NCBI GenBank assembly: GCA_977016875.1
Contig: CDRNST010000093.1
Location: 558,001 to 622,000, forward strand
Reading direction: 5' to 3'
Source of the DNA: Pavona decussata
Lineage: Eukaryota
DNA: 64,000 nucleotides
Notes under the pieces: generated by a model
The model's input: the letters and a program-made list of their open reading frames with translations, nothing else
Databases searched by the model: none
What the model was told of the DNA's origin: nothing
In this document: positions 61,201 through 64,000 of the stretch, piece by piece
Position numbering within the stretch: the first letter of the stretch is position 1
How the letters are laid out: each line of letters starts with the position of its first letter
Program-made: the position numbers and the translations under genes

Positions 61201-64000
61201 TCAAAACACTTTCAAAGAAGGAAATTGTAAACACACGACCCAAGAAGTATTAAACATGACAGTTAACATATATATCACCATACTAAATCGAAATCTGACA
61301 TCTTTGAAGAATATTAATCTTGTAACGATGCTAATCTGTTGAATATAAAATATATAAAATTCTATTCATCAAATGCGAGAGACAACATTGCCAATTGGTC
61401 TTCCGGGCCAGTTGCAAAAATGACAAGGGCGGGAGAGGTAAAATATTCCAAGTATGGCGACCAAACGAATTGTAAAAACACTTAACTCGAGACATGTTTG
61501 CCTTCGTTCGGTAACACACAGAAAACTCTCGAAACCAATTAGTTCGGTTAGAGCTTAGACGTATTATAAACTGACAAAGCTCTCGCAAGATAAACAAGTT
61601 CATTTCCTTTATCTAGGATTTCAAATATGATAAGAACATTCCATGTATATGGAATAACGAAATTATGAGGTCGAAAGGAAGCGCTATGGTCCGCTATGGT
61701 TAAAATTAACGCGAGGAAAGAAAGAGGCGTAAGTTGTGGGCACGTCCAAACGACAAAGGAAAATTAAAAAAAAAAAAAATGGGGAGAGGTGGAATTTAGC
61801 GTTCGCGCGCCGTTTTGGCAAATAACTGCTAAGTTTGCTAATGAAAGAGCATGTAAATAAATTTTGAAAAAGGAAGAAAACGTCAACTGGTTATTAGATT
61901 GTATTATATCGCAAACTGCGGAATTAAAATCGCATTCATTTGACAAACGAAAATAGAAACTTTAATTAGTCCAGTGTTGATGACGCAAAGATTGGGATTT
62001 ATAAAAAAATATAAGACGAACAGAAAACAAAATTGAATTTCGTGTTGATTTGTATGCGACGGATTTATAATTAATTGAAGTCTAGAAATCTATTTTTTTT
62101 TTCTTTCTTCTTTTTTTCTAGGAAGGAAATCTACTTCCATTACCGCGTCTGCAGATATCAAGAAAGATATAAACTGTCTAGAGAATTATCGATATTTTCA
62201 AATACCTTTTCTGCAGGTGCAAAACATTTTAACAAAGCAAACGTGTCTTACAGCAATAACATTACTGTCAAAATACAACGCAACCACGACACGCTCGCGT
62301 TATTTTGATGCAGGTGTAAAACAAATTAAAAATAAAATAAACGTGTTTTTCTGTATATTTATCACGTTTTTGTTAATGTCAAAAGCCACAGACGATAACA
62401 ATTAGACCAGGCTTTCTTATGCTATTGTAAGCATTGGTACGAATTTATGTACATATAGTTCTTGCTTTTAAATCTGATAATGAAATCCTCACGTGTTCGT
62501 ATCATTCAGAGGAAAAGCGATCGAGTAGTACTGATGTTCATCATTACGCTCAGCCTCTGTGGCCGAGGGGAACTTTAATGCGACAACTCAAACGAAAGCT
62601 GTTTCAAAGCTGTTCTTTTCTGTTTCAAAGTTGTTCTTTTCTGCAATGCTGCTACCTGCTGTTTTTGTACTCGACGAAATTTTTGTCAATTATAACCTTA
62701 GGAACCAGTTTATCGAACAAGTATTGAAAGATGAAAAGTAATTCTCATTAAGAACTCCTATTTCCATAGTATTTCCATAATAAAACAACCAGGCAATTAA
62801 TAGTAAGCTAAGAGAAAAACCCGTTAAATCTCATTAAGTGACTTGGCAAAATTTAATACCGAGACTAACTTAACAGCTTGGAGCTTCATAAACGAGGTAA
62901 TTTTTCTCCGTAAAATGAAAAAGCGCGCATTAAGACCGAAGTTGACATCAATATCGTCGACGTTTCGTGATTAAGTAGTTTTAATTTTAAATCCTTGTTA
63001 AACCATCTTTCAAAGCCGAACCTTTATGAAACTCGAACTTTGACATGAACACTCGATATGTTACCAGAACTCGACGTTTTTTTTTTATCCTTAGCTGCGC
63101 ACATATTTTTTGCGAATTATGTACAAACGATGAGTAAAAAACGTGCCAACAGGATGATTTTCACCCTTACAGCTTGGATTTTCTATGTTATTAAATAACA
63201 AAAAATAAAACAAAACTGAAAAAAAAAAAAATTAATGACGGCAAAACACAGCAGTCTTAAAAGAAACGTTCTACTCTGATGCCTTTTCTGCTCAAATAAT
63301 CACGCGTTAAAATCGTGTTCTTGCTGTTTTATTTTTTAATGTACAATTTTGTTTACAGTTTAGTACAATGTATTATTTTTAAATTTATGACTTCCAGGTT
63401 ACACCTCATATAATTCTCCGCAACCCTTTGTTCGCTCTTGGGGCTCAGAATTGAATGAATCCTTTAAAAATCCATTACGACATTCAGAAATAAATCCAAT
63501 TTGCTTGGCGTACGCCTCTCCATGTAGTGGCCCCACTGATAACAATAACCAGATCAGACAGGGCTTCAACTATTCCTTAGAACATATTCAATATATTTTT
63601 GATTCATTAGTTTACGAAACATTGCGAAATGAGTGGAACCGCATAAGAGTTCTGCTCCGAAACTTTCATTTCTTGGTTAGACTTTAGGAATTCTACGGTG
63701 CAATGCAGAACACCACAGGAAAGCACTGCTTAATCCAGTCTGCAAAATAACGTTGTTGTACCCACAAGTACATGTGTACCTTTTACAGCGAAACACACAG
63801 CACCACAGGGAAGTACTTCCCAGTAGCTAAAACTGAATGGTTATCCTTTTAAATCTCCTATATATAAGCTCTCTCCTAAATAGCAAAATAGAGAAAAACT
63901 CGAACATTAAATCTGTGCAAATATTAAAAGAATGATACCTATACAAACACATCAGAGTTCGAAGAGCTTGGTCTGTCCTTTCGCGCGCTGACAGTGCGGG

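Overview
Eukaryotic, AT-rich, intron- and repeat-rich DNA. The repeat content suggests a cnidarian, probably a stony coral (inference). Most short ORFs in the six-frame track are spurious; the real genes are spliced. (1) About 240-9441: a ~3.0-kb tandem triplication. Each copy carries, on the - strand, a 64-nt signal-peptide-like exon (MKWLLV[L/I]LLCRAAFSSDHNPD, phase-1 GTAAG donor) and a candidate second exon. The middle copy looks recombinant, and a 781-bp TIR element is present in one repeat only. (2) 12.4-20.2 kb: a + strand chain of exon-like segments with no continuous ORF, overlapped by decayed - strand exon fragments. (3) About 20.2-25.2 kb: a very AT-rich block with decayed intronless ORFs and TTTTCCCGCCAAA motifs, possibly a Maverick/virus-like remnant. 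(4) 30920-48671 (+): a complete CD36/SCARB2 (LIMP-2)-like scavenger receptor gene of at least 13 coding exons. It has a GC-AG intron, an acidic dileucine tail, candidate alternative tail exons and a likely 3'-UTR intron. (5) 53952-56886 (-): the last four exons of a Pro-rich, RD/RE-repeat protein, probably FIP1L1, convergent with the receptor gene. Also present: many MITEs, tRNA-derived repeats, LINE 3' ends, a HINE/DINE-like element, microsatellites and one assembly gap (31964-32140).
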